Positions 37,458 through 48,269 of a stretch of DNA of 64,000 bases are shown here, one piece after another (the first letter of the stretch is position 1; each line of letters begins with the position of its first letter). Source of the DNA: Burkholderiales bacterium. Lineage in GTDB: Bacteria; Pseudomonadota; Gammaproteobacteria; Burkholderiales; SG8-41. The stretch is from NCBI GenBank assembly GCA_019635015.1, contig JAHCAG010000005.1, positions 10,810 through 74,809 of the forward strand, in the 5' to 3' direction. The translations under genes and the position numbers were made by a program. The notes beneath the pieces were generated by a model that saw only the letters and a list, made by a program, of their open reading frames with translations, made no database searches and was not told the origin of the DNA.

Positions 37458-39827
37458 ATGCTAGAGATTGAGCTGGACGGCAAGCTGATGGAAGTGCCTG
37501 AAGGCAGCACCATCATGGATGCGGCCAACCAGGCCGGCACCTTCGTGCCGCACTTCTGCTATCACCGGAAGCTGTCGATCGCCGCCAACTGCCGCATGTG
37601 CCTGGTGCAGGTCGAGAAGGCGCCCAAGCCGCTGCCCGCCTGCGCGACGCCGGTCACCAACGGCATGAAGGTGTGGACGCACTCGGATGCCGCCGTCACC
37701 GCGCAGAAGGGGGTGATGGAGTTCCTGCTGATCAACCATCCGCTCGACTGCCCGATCTGTGATCAGGGCGGCGAATGCCAGCTGCAGGATCTGGCCGTGG
37801 GTTACGGCGGCAGCGAATCGCGTTACGCGGAAGACAAGCGCGTCGTCGCCAACAAGAACCTCGGACCACTGATCTCGACCGACATGACGCGCTGCATCCA
37901 CTGCACGCGTTGCGTCCGCTTCGGTCAGGAGATCGCCGGCATCATGGAACTGGGCATGATCGGCCGCGGCGAACATTCGGAAATCATCACTTTCGTCGGC
38001 AAGACCGTCGACTCGGAGCTGTCGGGCAACGTGATCGACCTCTGTCCGGTCGGCGCGCTGACCTCGAAACCCTTCCGCTACAGCGCACGCACCTGGGAGC
38101 TGACGCGCAAGCCCTCGGTCAGCCCGCACTGCGGCCTCGGCTCCAACCTGACTTTGCAGGTCAAGCAGAACCGCGTGATGCGGGCGCTGCCGCGGGATAA
38201 CGAGACTGTCAACGAGTGCTGGCTGTCGGACAAGGACCGTTTTTCCTACGAGGCGCTCAATTCCGAGCAGCGCCTGGCGAAGCCGATGCTGAAGCGCGAC
38301 GGCCGCTGGCAGGACGTCGAATGGCCGGTGGCGCTGGAATTCGTTGCGTCTGAACTGAAACGCGTCAAGGCCGCGCACGGTGCCGATGCGATCGGCGCGC
38401 TGGCGACGCCATACCAGACACTGGAGGAACTGCACCTGCTGCAGAAACTGCTGCGCGGCTTTGGCTCCGGCAACGTTGATTTCCGCCTGCGCCAGACTGA
38501 CTTCAGCACCGACGGCAAACTTGCCGGCGTGCCCTGGCTCGGCATGAGCATCGCGGAATTCGCGCAGCTCGACCGCGTGCTGGTGATCGGATCCACGCTG
38601 CGCAAGGACCATCCGCTGCTGGCGCACCGGCTGCGTCAGTCAACGAAGAAAAAGACCGAACTCAGCCTGATCCACGCCGCAGATGACGAGCTGCTGATGC
38701 GGGTCGCGCACAAGGCGATTGTTGCTCCGGCGCTGTTGCCGCAGGTGCTGGCGCAGGTGGTCAAGGCCGCGTCTGCGCTGAAAAATGTCGCTGTCCCGGA
38801 GGCGGTGCGTGCCTCGGTCGAAGGCGTGGCCGTGACTGACGCGGCACAAGGCATTGCCGGAAGTCTCGCCGCGGGAGAGAAGGCGGGCGTGTTCCTCGGC
38901 AACTTTGCGGAACAGCACGCCGCTGCAGCCACCTTGCAAGCGCTGGCCCAGGCCTTGGCGCAGATCCTCGGCTGTCCCTTCGGTTTCCTCGGTGCCGCGG
39001 CGAACAGCGTTGGCGGTTATGTCGCCGGCTGTGTACCCAATGGAAAACTTCCGGGAAAAAATGCGCGTCAGATGATCGAGGCGCCGCTGAAGGCCTACCT
39101 GCTGCTCGGCGCCGAGCCGGAACTCGATTGTGCGAATCCGCGTGCTGCCATTGCCGCGATGAAGCAGGCTGAGCTGGTAGTCGCTTTGAGTCCGTTCCAG
39201 CATGGGGCCACTGAATACGCGAACGTGATGCTGCCGATCGCGCCATTCACCGAAACCGCCGGCACTTTTGTCAGCACCGAGGGGCGGGTGCAGACCTTCA
39301 ACGGCGTGGTGAAACCGCTGGGTGAAACCCGTCCGGCGTGGAAGGTGCTGCGTGTGCTCGGCAACCTGCTTGGACTGGAGGGCTTCGAACACGACGGCGC
39401 CGATGACGCGCAGCGTGAAGCACTCCACGGAAAATCTGAAATAACTAATAAAAACAATAACTTGCAAAATGTCACCGGAGTGCTGCCGGTTGTGGCGACG
39501 GGGGTTTCGCGGATTGCCGAGGTGCCCATCCATGCCGCCGATGCGCTGGCGCGGCGCGCCCCCAGCCTGCAGAAAACCCGCGATGCGCTGCCGCCGCTGG
39601 CGGTGATGAACCGCAGGCTGGCCGATCGCCTGGGCCTGCGCGACGGTGATCTGGTCCGGATTTCCCAGGATGGCGGCGAAACCCTGCTGCCGTACGCGCT
39701 TGATGACGGATTGCCGGACGACTGCGTGCGCATCGCGCTGGCACGCGCGGAAACCGCGTTGCTCGGTGATGCGGCGGCGCCGCTGGCAATCGAACGCGTC
39801 GTCCAGGCGCAGAAGGCGACCGCGTGA
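37458..39827 (+). CDS. nuoG: NADH-quinone oxidoreductase subunit G
   Basis: 789 aa. [39 protein letters not shown] Fe-S motifs. Confidence 0.95.
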   Translation: MLEIELDGKLMEVPEGSTIMDAANQAGTFVPHFCYHRKLSIAANCRMCLVQVEKAPKPLPACATPVTNGMKVWTHSDAAVTAQKGVMEFLLINHPLDCPICDQGGECQLQDLAVGYGGSESRYAEDKRVVANKNLGPLISTDMTRCIHCTRCVRFGQEIAGIMELGMIGRGEHSEIITFVGKTVDSELSGNVIDLCPVGALTSKPFRYSARTWELTRKPSVSPHCGLGSNLTLQVKQNRVMRALPRDNETVNECWLSDKDRFSYEALNSEQRLAKPMLKRDGRWQDVEWPVALEFVASELKRVKAAHGADAIGALATPYQTLEELHLLQKLLRGFGSGNVDFRLRQTDFSTDGKLAGVPWLGMSIAEFAQLDRVLVIGSTLRKDHPLLAHRLRQSTKKKTELSLIHAADDELLMRVAHKAIVAPALLPQVLAQVVKAASALKNVAVPEAVRASVEGVAVTDAAQGIAGSLAAGEKAGVFLGNFAEQHAAAATLQALAQALAQILGCPFGFLGAAANSVGGYVAGCVPNGKLPGKNARQMIEAPLKAYLLLGAEPELDCANPRAAIAAMKQAELVVALSPFQHGATEYANVMLPIAPFTETAGTFVSTEGRVQTFNGVVKPLGETRPAWKVLRVLGNLLGLEGFEHDGADDAQREALHGKSEITNKNNNLQNVTGVLPVVATGVSRIAEVPIHAADALARRAPSLQKTRDALPPLAVMNRRLADRLGLRDGDLVRISQDGGETLLPYALDDGLPDDCVRIALARAETALLGDAAAPLAIERVVQAQKATA
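39447..39467 (+). repeat. AT-rich box copy M4 (AATAAAAACAATAACTTGCAA) inside nuoG
   Basis: Lies in frame within nuoG and encodes part of [13 protein letters not shown]. Confidence 0.6.
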
Positions 39828-40897
39828 TGCTCGATTCGCTGCTCGCCTATCCGCAATCGCTGTTCGGCCCGCTGTGGCCGGTGGTGTGGACGCTCGCGAA
39901 GATCCTGATGATCGTGGTGCCACTGATGCTGTGCGTGGCCTACCTGACGCTGTGGGAGCGCAAGCTGATCGGCTTCATGCAGATCCGCATCGGCCCGAAC
40001 CGCACCACGTTCTTCGGCATCCGCTGGCTCGGCGGCCTGGCGCAGCCGATCGCCGACGGCCTGAAGCTGCTGGTCAAGGAAGTCATCGTGCCGAGCGGGG
40101 CCAACAAGTTCCTGTTCGTGCTGGCGCCGGTGATGGCGATCATGCCGGCACTGGCGGCCTGGGCGGTGGTGCCCTTTTCGCCTGAACTGGTGCTGTCGAA
40201 CATCGACGCCGGCCTGCTCTACCTGCTGGCAATGACTTCGCTCGGCGTCTACGGCGTGATCATCGCCGGCTGGGCCTCGAATTCGAAATACGCCTTCCTT
40301 GGCGCGATGCGCTCCGCTGCGCAGATCGTGTCCTACGAAATCGCCATGGGCTTCGCGCTGGTCGGCGTGCTGATGGCGGCGCAAAGCCTGAACCTCGGCG
40401 AAATCGTCAAGGCGCAGCAGGGCGGGGCGGGTTTTCTCGGCTGGTTCTGGCTGCCGTTGTTCCCGCTGTTCCTGACCTACCTGATTTCAGGCGTGGCCGA
40501 GACCAACCGCGCGCCTTTTGACGTTGCCGAGGGTGAATCGGAAATCGTCGCCGGTTTTCACGTCGAGTATTCGGGCATGACCTTCGCGGTGTTCTTCCTT
40601 GCCGAATACGCGAACATGATCCTGATTTCGATGTTGACCGCGATCCTGTTCCTCGGAGGCTGGCTGTCGCCGTTCCCGGCGTCCTGGGGGCTGCTTGGCG
40701 CCTCAAGCCCGCTCTGGCTGTTTGCCAAGATGTTCTTCGTGGTTTCGCTGTTCCTGTGGTTCCGCGCGACCTTCCCGCGTTACCGCTATGACCAGATCAT
40801 GCGCCTCGGCTGGAAGATTTTCATCCCGGTGACGCTGGTGTGGATCGTCGTGCTCGGCGCCTGGATGCAGACGCCGCTGTGGATATGGTGGAAATGA
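39824..40897 (+). CDS. nuoH: NADH-quinone oxidoreductase subunit H
   Basis: 357 aa. [25 protein letters not shown]. Confidence 0.95.
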   Translation: MMLDSLLAYPQSLFGPLWPVVWTLAKILMIVVPLMLCVAYLTLWERKLIGFMQIRIGPNRTTFFGIRWLGGLAQPIADGLKLLVKEVIVPSGANKFLFVLAPVMAIMPALAAWAVVPFSPELVLSNIDAGLLYLLAMTSLGVYGVIIAGWASNSKYAFLGAMRSAAQIVSYEIAMGFALVGVLMAAQSLNLGEIVKAQQGGAGFLGWFWLPLFPLFLTYLISGVAETNRAPFDVAEGESEIVAGFHVEYSGMTFAVFFLAEYANMILISMLTAILFLGGWLSPFPASWGLLGASSPLWLFAKMFFVVSLFLWFRATFPRYRYDQIMRLGWKIFIPVTLVWIVVLGAWMQTPLWIWWK

Positions 40898-40901
40898 GAC
40901 G

Positions 40902-41399
40902 GTGATGAGGATGACGGCGATCCGCAAATTTTTCAGCACTTTCCTGCTGTTCGAGCTGCTGAAGGGCATGGCGCTTACCGGGCGTTATTTCTTCGCGCGC
41001 AAGATCACCGTGCAGTTCCCCGAGGAAAAAACCCCGCAGAGCCCGCGCTTCCGCGGACTGCACGCGCTGCGCCGTTACCCGAACGGCGAAGAGCGCTGCA
41101 TCGCCTGCAAGCTGTGCGAGGCGGTGTGCCCGGCGCTGGCGATCACCATCGAGTCCGAGCAGCGCGAGGATGGCACGCGCCGCACCACGCGTTATGACAT
41201 CGATCTGACCAAGTGCATATTCTGCGGTTTCTGCGAGGAATCCTGCCCGGTGGACTCGATCGTCGAAACCCGCATTTTCGAATACCACGGCGAAAAACGC
41301 GGCGACCTGATCTACACCAAGCCGATGCTGCTGGCGATTGGCGATGCGTATGAAGAGCAGATTGCGAAGGACCGCGCGGCCGACGCGGCATACCGGTAA
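40902..41399 (+). CDS. nuoI: NADH-quinone oxidoreductase subunit I
   Basis: [12 protein letters not shown] and [12 protein letters not shown] 4Fe-4S motifs. Confidence 0.95.
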   Translation: MMRMTAIRKFFSTFLLFELLKGMALTGRYFFARKITVQFPEEKTPQSPRFRGLHALRRYPNGEERCIACKLCEAVCPALAITIESEQREDGTRRTTRYDIDLTKCIFCGFCEESCPVDSIVETRIFEYHGEKRGDLIYTKPMLLAIGDAYEEQIAKDRAADAAYR

Positions 41400-41405
41400 A
41401 ACGAG

Positions 41406-42020
41406 ATGAGCTTCCAAGAATTCATGTTCTGGTTCTTCGCCGCGGTGCTGGTGTTTGCCGCATTGCGCGTCATTACCGCGCGCAATCCGGTGCACGCTGC
41501 GCTGTTCCTGGTGCTGGCGTTCTGCACTTCCGCCGGCATCTGGATCCAGCTCGAGGCGGAATTCCTCGGCATCGTGCTGATCCTGGTCTACGTCGGCGCT
41601 GTGATGGTGCTGTTCCTGTTCGTGGTGATGATGCTCGACATCAACCTGACGCGGCTGCGCGAGGGTTTCTGGAGTTACCTGCCGGTGGGGGCGCTGGTTG
41701 CATTGCTGCTGGTCGCCGAAATGGCGCTGGTGCTGGCCGGGTCTTATTTCGGGCTGGCCGAGGCGCCCCGTCCCGAATCCGCGCCCGCGGGTTACAGCAA
41801 CACCAAGGAACTGGGCCGGCTGCTCTACACCGATTACGTTTATCCCTTCGAACTGGCGGCGGTGATCCTGCTGGTGGCGATAGTTGCCGCGATCGCGCTG
41901 ACCCTGCGCCGCCGCAAGCACGCCAAGTACATCGACCCGGCGCAGCAGGTTGCGGTGCGCCGCGGGGACCGCGTGCGCATCGTCTCGATGCCGGCGGAGA
42001 AGAAGGAGGGCGGGGCATGA
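41406..42020 (+). CDS. nuoJ: NADH-quinone oxidoreductase subunit J
   Basis: 204 aa membrane protein in operon position. [31 protein letters not shown]. Confidence 0.9.
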   Translation: MSFQEFMFWFFAAVLVFAALRVITARNPVHAALFLVLAFCTSAGIWIQLEAEFLGIVLILVYVGAVMVLFLFVVMMLDINLTRLREGFWSYLPVGALVALLLVAEMALVLAGSYFGLAEAPRPESAPAGYSNTKELGRLLYTDYVYPFELAAVILLVAIVAAIALTLRRRKHAKYIDPAQQVAVRRGDRVRIVSMPAEKKEGGA

Positions 42021-42325
42021 GCATCTCGCTTTCCCACTACCTCGTCCTCGGCGCGATCCTGTTCTCGATCTCGGTGATCGGAATCTTCCTGAACCGCAAG
42101 AACATCATCGTGCTGCTGATGGCGATCGAACTGATGCTGCTGGCGGTCAACCTGAATTTCATCGCCTTCTCGCATTTTCTCGGTGATACCGCGGGCCAGG
42201 TGTTCGTGTTCTTCATCCTGACCGTGGCGGCGGCGGAATCGGCGATCGGCCTGGCGATCCTGGTGGTGCTGTTCCGCAACCTGAACACTATCAATGTTGA
42301 AGACATCAACCGGATGAAGGGCTGA
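42017..42325 (+). CDS. nuoK: NADH-quinone oxidoreductase subunit K
   Basis: 102 aa. [26 protein letters not shown]. Confidence 0.95.
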   Translation: MSISLSHYLVLGAILFSISVIGIFLNRKNIIVLLMAIELMLLAVNLNFIAFSHFLGDTAGQVFVFFILTVAAAESAIGLAILVVLFRNLNTINVEDINRMKG

Positions 42326-42329
42326 TGCG

Positions 42330-44378
42330 GTGATGACCGAAATGCAGAAACTCTACCTGCTGGTGCCGCTGGCCCCGCTTGCCGGCGCGATCATCGCCGG
42401 CCTGTTCGGATGGGCCATCGGCCGCCGTGCGGCGCACGTGATCACCATCCTCGGCATGGTGGTGTGCCTGGTCGCGTCATTCCTGGTCTATCGCGACGTG
42501 ATGGCCGGCAACGTGTTCAACGGCCCGGTCTACACCTGGCTTGTTTCCGGCAACATCCGCTTCGAGATCGGGTTCCTGATCGATCCGCTGTCGGCGACGA
42601 TGATGATGGTGGTCTCCTTCGTGTCGCTGATGGTGCACATCTACACCATCGGCTACATGGCGGGTGACCCCGGCTACCAGCGTTTCTTCTCCTACATCTC
42701 GCTCTTCACCTTCTCGATGCTGATGCTGGTGATGAGCAACAACTTCCTGCAGCTCTTTTTCGGCTGGGAGGCGGTGGGTCTGGTGTCGTACCTGCTGATC
42801 GGCTTCTGGTACAACAGGCCGACGGCGATTTACGCCAACCTCAAGGCTTTCCTGGTCAACCGCGTCGGCGATTTCGGCTTCCTGCTCGGCATCGCGCTGG
42901 TGCTGATGTATTTCGGCACCCTGGATTACGCCGCGGTTTTCGCCAATGCCGGGCGCCTCGCCGGCAACAGCATCGAACTCTTCCCCGGCGTGGAATGGTC
43001 GCTGATCACGGTGATCTGCATCCTGCTGTTCATCGGCGCGATGGGCAAGTCGGCGCAGTTCCCGCTGCATGTCTGGCTGCCGGATTCGATGGAAGGTCCG
43101 ACGCCGATCTCCGCGCTGATCCATGCCGCGACAATGGTGACCGCGGGGATTTTCATGGTGGCGCGGATGTCGCCGCTGTTCGAGCTGTCGGAAACCGCGT
43201 TGTCCTTCGTGCTGGTGATCGGGGCGATCACCGCCTTCTTCATGGCGCTGATTGCCACGGTGCAGTACGACATCAAGCGCGTGGTGGCCTATTCGACCCT
43301 GTCGCAGCTGGGTTACATGACCATGGCGCTCGGTGCCTCGGCCTACTCGGCGGCGATTTTCCACCTCTTCACGCATGCTTTCTTCAAGGCAGTGCTGTTC
43401 CTCGGCGCTGGTTCGGTGATCATCGCGATGCACCACCAGCAGGACATGCGCAAGATGGGCGGGCTGGCGAAATACATGCCGATCACCTATCTGACGGTGC
43501 TGATCGGCGCCATCGCCAATGCCGGATTGCCGCCCTTCGCCGGGTTCTTTTCCAAGGAAACCATCGTCGAGGCGCTGCACCACGCGACGGTGCCGGGCGC
43601 CGGCTTCGCCTATGCGCTGGCGGTGGCCGGTGTGTTTGTCGGCGGTTTCTACTCCTTCCGCCTGGTGTTTTATGCCTTCCACGGCAAGGAGCGTTTCGCC
43701 GACCCGCTGCATCCGGACGTCAAGGCGGCGGATGCCGAAGCCGCGGCGGCGGGCCACCACGATGACCACGGGCACGACGAGCACGACGATCACCATGGCG
43801 AGGCGCACAAGCCGCACGAATCGCCTGCGGTGGTTTGGGTGCCGCTGGTGCTGCTGGCGATTCCCTCGGTCTGCGCCGGCTGGTTCATCGGCAGCTTCGT
43901 CTACGGCAACTACTTCGGTAGCGCGATCACCGTCAATCCGGCGCATGGCGCGATGGCGGTGATGGCGCAGAACTTCAATGGTGTCTTCGGCATGATGGGC
44001 CATGCCCTGGGCACGCTGCCGTTCTGGCTGGCGGTGGCCGGTGCCGCCACCGCTTGGTTCCTCTACATCCTGCGGCCGGAACTGCCGGCAAAACTGCGCC
44101 GGCAGTGGGGCGTGGTGGTGACGATCCTGATGGAGAAGTACGGACTTGACCGCTTCAACGACTGGTTCTTTGCCGGCGGCGCGCGCGCACTCGGCACCGG
44201 GCTGTGGAAGGGCGGCGATGTCGCGGTGATCGACAACGTGATGGTCAATGGCTCGGCGCGGCTGGTCGGCTGGTTCGCCGGCGTGATCCGCGAGGTGCAG
44301 AGCGGCAAGCTTTATCACTATGCTTTTGCGATGATCCTCGGCGTTCTCGGCCTGCTGACCTGGGCCTTCGTCCGCTGA
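42330..44378 (+). CDS. nuoL: NADH-quinone oxidoreductase subunit L
   Basis: 682 aa antiporter-like subunit. GWEAVGLVSYLLIGFW, KSAQFPLHVWLPDSMEGPTP. Confidence 0.95.
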   Translation: MMTEMQKLYLLVPLAPLAGAIIAGLFGWAIGRRAAHVITILGMVVCLVASFLVYRDVMAGNVFNGPVYTWLVSGNIRFEIGFLIDPLSATMMMVVSFVSLMVHIYTIGYMAGDPGYQRFFSYISLFTFSMLMLVMSNNFLQLFFGWEAVGLVSYLLIGFWYNRPTAIYANLKAFLVNRVGDFGFLLGIALVLMYFGTLDYAAVFANAGRLAGNSIELFPGVEWSLITVICILLFIGAMGKSAQFPLHVWLPDSMEGPTPISALIHAATMVTAGIFMVARMSPLFELSETALSFVLVIGAITAFFMALIATVQYDIKRVVAYSTLSQLGYMTMALGASAYSAAIFHLFTHAFFKAVLFLGAGSVIIAMHHQQDMRKMGGLAKYMPITYLTVLIGAIANAGLPPFAGFFSKETIVEALHHATVPGAGFAYALAVAGVFVGGFYSFRLVFYAFHGKERFADPLHPDVKAADAEAAAAGHHDDHGHDEHDDHHGEAHKPHESPAVVWVPLVLLAIPSVCAGWFIGSFVYGNYFGSAITVNPAHGAMAVMAQNFNGVFGMMGHALGTLPFWLAVAGAATAWFLYILRPELPAKLRRQWGVVVTILMEKYGLDRFNDWFFAGGARALGTGLWKGGDVAVIDNVMVNGSARLVGWFAGVIREVQSGKLYHYAFAMILGVLGLLTWAFVR

Positions 44379-44397
44379 CACTGAAGAAAAAGAACTG

Positions 44398-45891
44398 ATG
44401 ATGCAGGGATTACCGTTACTGAGCCTCGCCATCTGGGTGCCGATTGTCGCCGGTGTCGCGGTGCTGTTCACCGGCGGTGACCGCAACGCGCAGGCTGCCC
44501 GGGTGATCGCATTGATCGGTGCCGTGCTCGGTTTTGCGGTCACGGTGCCGCTTTATGCCGGATTCGACCTGCAGCAGGGCGGATTCCAGTTCGGCGAGCT
44601 GAGGCCCTGGATCGAGGCCTTCAACATCAACTACCACCTGGGCATCGACGGCATTTCGCTGCTGCTGATCCTGCTCAACAGCTTCACCACCATACTCGTC
44701 GTCGCTGCGGCCTGGGAGGTGATCCGGACCCGCGTCGCGCAGTACATGGCGGCCTTCCTGGTGCTGTCGGGGCTGATGAACGGCGTGTTCTCCGCGCTCG
44801 ACGCGATGCTGTTCTACGTGTTCTTCGAGGCGACGCTGATCCCGATGTTCATCATCATCGGCGTCTGGGGCGGGTCGAACCGGGTTTACGCGGCGATGAA
44901 GTTTTTCCTCTACACGCTGCTCGGCTCGCTGCTGTCGCTGGTTGCGCTGATCGTGCTCTACAACGCCGCGGGCGGCAGCTTCGCCTTCTTCGACCTGTAT
45001 CGCACGCCTTTGCCGATGTTGTTGCAAGTATTTGTTTTTATTGCTTTTTTCATGGCTTTTGCGGTGAAGGTGCCGATGTGGCCGGTGCACACCTGGCTGC
45101 CCGACGCCCACGTCGAGGCGCCCACCGGCGGTTCGGTGGTGCTGGCGGCGGTCATGCTGAAGCTCGGTGGTTACGGTTTCCTGCGGCTGTCCCTGCCGAT
45201 CGTGCCCGATGCCAGCCAGTACCTGGCGCCCGTGGTGATCTTCCTGTCGCTGGTCGCCGTGGTTTACATCGGGCTGGTGGCACTGGTGCAGGCGGACATG
45301 AAAAAACTGATCGCCTATTCTTCGATCTCGCACATGGGTTTCGTCACGCTGGGCATCTTCCTGTTCAACGCCCAGGGTGTCGAGGGCGCAGTGATCCAGA
45401 TGATTTCCCACGGCTTTGTCTCCGGCGCGCTGTTCCTCTGCGTCGGCGTGCTCTATGACCGCATGCATACGCGTCAGATCGCGGATTACGGCGGGGTTGC
45501 CAGCCGCATGCCGGTATTCGCCGCGCTGTTCATGCTGTTCGCGATGGCCAACGCGGGGCTTCCGGGTACCAGCGGCTTTGTCGGCGAATTCCTGGTGATC
45601 ATGGGCGCGGTCAAGGTCAATTTCTGGATTGCCTTCGCCGCTGCAATCACGCTGATCTTCGGCGCCGCCTATACGTTGTGGATGTACAAGCGGGTGATGT
45701 TCGGCGCGGTGACCAACGAACATGTCGCGCAACTGAAGGACATCAACATCCGCGAATTCCTGATCCTCGGCGTGCTGGCCCTGCTGACCCTGGTGATGGG
45801 CGTCTGGCCGCAGCCTTTTGCCGAGGTGCTGCATGTTTCCGTCAGTGAACTGCTGGCCCACGTCTCGTACAGCAAACTTCCGGTGCAATAG
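44398..45891 (+). CDS. nuoM: NADH-quinone oxidoreductase subunit M
   Basis: 497 aa. [39 protein letters not shown]. Confidence 0.95.
   Translation: MMQGLPLLSLAIWVPIVAGVAVLFTGGDRNAQAARVIALIGAVLGFAVTVPLYAGFDLQQGGFQFGELRPWIEAFNINYHLGIDGISLLLILLNSFTTILVVAAAWEVIRTRVAQYMAAFLVLSGLMNGVFSALDAMLFYVFFEATLIPMFIIIGVWGGSNRVYAAMKFFLYTLLGSLLSLVALIVLYNAAGGSFAFFDLYRTPLPMLLQVFVFIAFFMAFAVKVPMWPVHTWLPDAHVEAPTGGSVVLAAVMLKLGGYGFLRLSLPIVPDASQYLAPVVIFLSLVAVVYIGLVALVQADMKKLIAYSSISHMGFVTLGIFLFNAQGVEGAVIQMISHGFVSGALFLCVGVLYDRMHTRQIADYGGVASRMPVFAALFMLFAMANAGLPGTSGFVGEFLVIMGAVKVNFWIAFAAAITLIFGAAYTLWMYKRVMFGAVTNEHVAQLKDINIREFLILGVLALLTLVMGVWPQPFAEVLHVSVSELLAHVSYSKLPVQ
45022..45044 (-). repeat. AT-rich box copy M5 (minus strand: GCAATAAAAACAAATACTTGCAA) inside nuoM
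   Basis: Carried by codons TTG CAA GTA TTT GTT TTT ATT GCT of nuoM. Confidence 0.6.
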
Positions 45892-45911
45892 GCCGGATAC
45901 AGGTAAAAACG

Positions 45912-47360
45912 ATGGAATACATCACCCCGCTTTGGCCCGCCTATCCCGAGCTCTTCCTGCTCGTGATGGCCTGCGTGATCCTGATTGCCGACCTTTTCAT
46001 CAGCGATGACAACCGCATCGTCACCTACGGGCTGACCCAGGCCACGCTGGCCGGCTGCGCGCTGCTGACCTTCTTCACCGGCAACGCCGAGCCGGTCTAC
46101 ACCTTCAGCGGCATGTTCGTCGATGACCTGATGGCCGACGCGCTGAAGCTGCTGACCTGCGTCGCGGTGATCACCATCCTGGTCTATGCCCGCGCATACA
46201 CGGTCGCGCGCGGCATGTTCCGCGGCGAGTTTTTCGCACTGGCGCTGTTCGCGACGCTGGGCATGATGGTGATGATCTCGGCCAACCATCTGCTGACCCT
46301 GTACCTGGGGCTCGAGCTGCTGTCGCTGTCGCTCTACGCGATGGTCGCGCTGCAGCGCGATTCGGTGCGGGCGACCGAGGCGGCGATGAAATACTTCATT
46401 CTCGGCGCGCTGGCCTCCGGCATGCTGCTCTACGGCATGTCGATGCTCTACGGCGCCACCGGCACGCTGGAAATCACCCAGCTTGCGCAGCTGTCCGCGG
46501 ATGGCGTGCGCGCCCAGGCGGTGCTGGTGTTCGCGCTGGTGTTCATCGTTGCCGGCCTCGGTTTCAAGCTCGGCGCCGTGCCTTTCCACATGTGGGTGCC
46601 CGACGTCTACCAGGGCGCGCCGACCGCGGTGACGCTGTTCATCGGCTCGGCGCCGAAGTTTGCCGCGTTCGCGATCGTCATGCGGCTGCTGGCGCAGGCG
46701 CTGGGGGCGGAAGCGCTGGTCGATGAATGGCGGCAGATGCTGCTGATTATGGCGGTGCTGTCGCTGGCGATCGGCAACCTGACCGCTATCATGCAGACCA
46801 ACCTGAAACGCATGCTGGCGTACTCGACGATTTCGCACATGGGTTTCCTGCTGCTTGGCGTGCTTTCCGGCACCATCGACGGCTACGGCGCCGGCATGTT
46901 CTACGTGGTCGTCTACGTGTTGATGACGCTGGGCTGTTTCGGCCTGATCCTGCTGCTGACCCGCGGCGGTTTCGAGGCCGAGGATCTTGATGATTACCGC
47001 GGACTCAACCAGCGCAGCCCGTGGTATGCCTTCCTGATGCTGCTGCTGATGTTCTCGATGGCCGGGATCCCGCCGACCGTCGGTTTCTACGCCAAGCTTG
47101 CGGTGCTGCAGGCGGTGGTCCAGATCGGCATGTGGTGGGTGGCCGTCATCGCCGTGGTGTTCTCGCTGATCGGCGCCTTCTATTACCTGCGCATCGTCAA
47201 ACTGATGTATTTCGACGAGCCGCGGGACGACACTCCGCTGCGTGCCGGCGGCGACGTTCGCGCCCTGTTGTCGGCGAACGGGCTTGCGGTGATCGTGCTC
47301 GGCATCGCGCCACAGCCGCTGATGGTGCTGTGCATCGAAGCCGTCCGCGCTTCGATCTAG
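45912..47360 (+). CDS. nuoN: NADH-quinone oxidoreductase subunit N
   Basis: 482 aa. [35 protein letters not shown]. Confidence 0.95.
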   Translation: MEYITPLWPAYPELFLLVMACVILIADLFISDDNRIVTYGLTQATLAGCALLTFFTGNAEPVYTFSGMFVDDLMADALKLLTCVAVITILVYARAYTVARGMFRGEFFALALFATLGMMVMISANHLLTLYLGLELLSLSLYAMVALQRDSVRATEAAMKYFILGALASGMLLYGMSMLYGATGTLEITQLAQLSADGVRAQAVLVFALVFIVAGLGFKLGAVPFHMWVPDVYQGAPTAVTLFIGSAPKFAAFAIVMRLLAQALGAEALVDEWRQMLLIMAVLSLAIGNLTAIMQTNLKRMLAYSTISHMGFLLLGVLSGTIDGYGAGMFYVVVYVLMTLGCFGLILLLTRGGFEAEDLDDYRGLNQRSPWYAFLMLLLMFSMAGIPPTVGFYAKLAVLQAVVQIGMWWVAVIAVVFSLIGAFYYLRIVKLMYFDEPRDDTPLRAGGDVRALLSANGLAVIVLGIAPQPLMVLCIEAVRASI

Positions 47361-47363
47361 CCG

Positions 47364-47672
47364 ATGGCCATGGACTGGAGCACTGCGGCGCTGTTGCTGC
47401 TGGCGCTGGTGTTTGCCAACCTGCCGTTCCTGACCGAGCGTATATTTTTTGTCGGTGCGGCGCCAAAGGACGGCAAGTCCTTCGGCTGGCGCCTGCTGGA
47501 ACTGGTCATGCTCTATTTTGTTGCCGGCACCGCAGCCTGGCTGATGGAAAGCCGGGCCGGGCAGGTGCACCCCCAGCGCTGGGAGTTTTACGCGGTTACC
47601 GTCTGCCTGTTCCTGGTGTTCGCTTATCCCGGCTACGTCTACCGTTACCTCTGGCGCAAGCCGGGGCTGTGA
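47364..47672 (+). CDS. DUF2818-like small membrane protein
   Basis: 102 aa, 3 hydrophobic helices, immediately after nuoN as is common in betaproteobacterial nuo loci. Confidence 0.6.
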   Translation: MAMDWSTAALLLLALVFANLPFLTERIFFVGAAPKDGKSFGWRLLELVMLYFVAGTAAWLMESRAGQVHPQRWEFYAVTVCLFLVFAYPGYVYRYLWRKPGL

Positions 47673-47677
47673 GCCGG

Positions 47678-48250
47678 GTGGAGTTGCCGGTGGCGGAGAA
47701 GGTGCCCGGGGATTTCAGCGAAACCGCCCTCGATTCCGAGCCGGTGTTCGACGGCATGCTGCTGCACGTGCGCCGCGATGCCGTGCTGCTGCCGAACGGT
47801 GCCCGGGCCACCCGGGAATACATCCGTCATCCCGGCGCGGCGATGATCATCGCGCGACCGGATCCGGACACCATCCTGCTTGAGCGTCAGTTCCGTTATC
47901 CGCTGGGCAGGCATTTCATCGAACTGCCGGCCGGCAAGATCGATCCCGGCGAGGATCCGCTGGCGACGGCACAGCGCGAGCTGCGCGAGGAGTGCGGTTA
48001 TGCGGCGGCGCAGTGGCGGCACCTGGCCACGCTGCATCCCTGCATTTCCTATTCCGACGAACGCATCGAGTTGTACCTCGCCGATGGCCTGAGCCATGTC
48101 GGCGATGCGCTGGATGAGGATGAGTTTCTTGAGGTGATGACCGTGCCGCTGGTCCGGGCGCTGGCCTGGGTGCGCGAAGGCCGCATTACCGAGGCCAAGG
48201 CGGTGACCGGCCTGCTGTGGGCCGAAAAAGTCCGCAGCGGGGAGTGGTAG
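47678..48250 (+). CDS. NUDIX hydrolase (ADP-ribose pyrophosphatase-like)
   Basis: About 190 aa from GTG 47678. Nudix box GKIDPGEDPLATAQRELREECGY. The upstream two thirds of tracked ORF 47021..48250 overlaps nuoN/DUF2818 out of frame and is rejected. Confidence 0.75.
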   Translation: MELPVAEKVPGDFSETALDSEPVFDGMLLHVRRDAVLLPNGARATREYIRHPGAAMIIARPDPDTILLERQFRYPLGRHFIELPAGKIDPGEDPLATAQRELREECGYAAAQWRHLATLHPCISYSDERIELYLADGLSHVGDALDEDEFLEVMTVPLVRALAWVREGRITEAKAVTGLLWAEKVRSGEW

Positions 48251-48269
48251 CCCCGGCCGAATCGCCGGT

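Noticed and set aside
34274-47570. Long antisense or out-of-frame ORFs across the nuo operon (34274..35842, 36420..37409, 37461..38627, 38640..39923, 39095..40384, 40821..41921, 42477..44543, 44416..45888, 45669..47570).
   Set aside because: Each is antisense to a nuo subunit gene with textbook motifs. Their products are Arg/His/Gln-rich with no domain signatures. They are GC-driven open frames.
47021-47677. N-terminal 219 codons of the tracked 409-aa ORF 47021..48250.
   Set aside because: It overlaps the 3' end of nuoN and all of the DUF2818 gene in another frame, and is Arg/Ala/Pro-rich. Only the C-terminal ~190 aa (from GTG 47678) shows the NUDIX fold.
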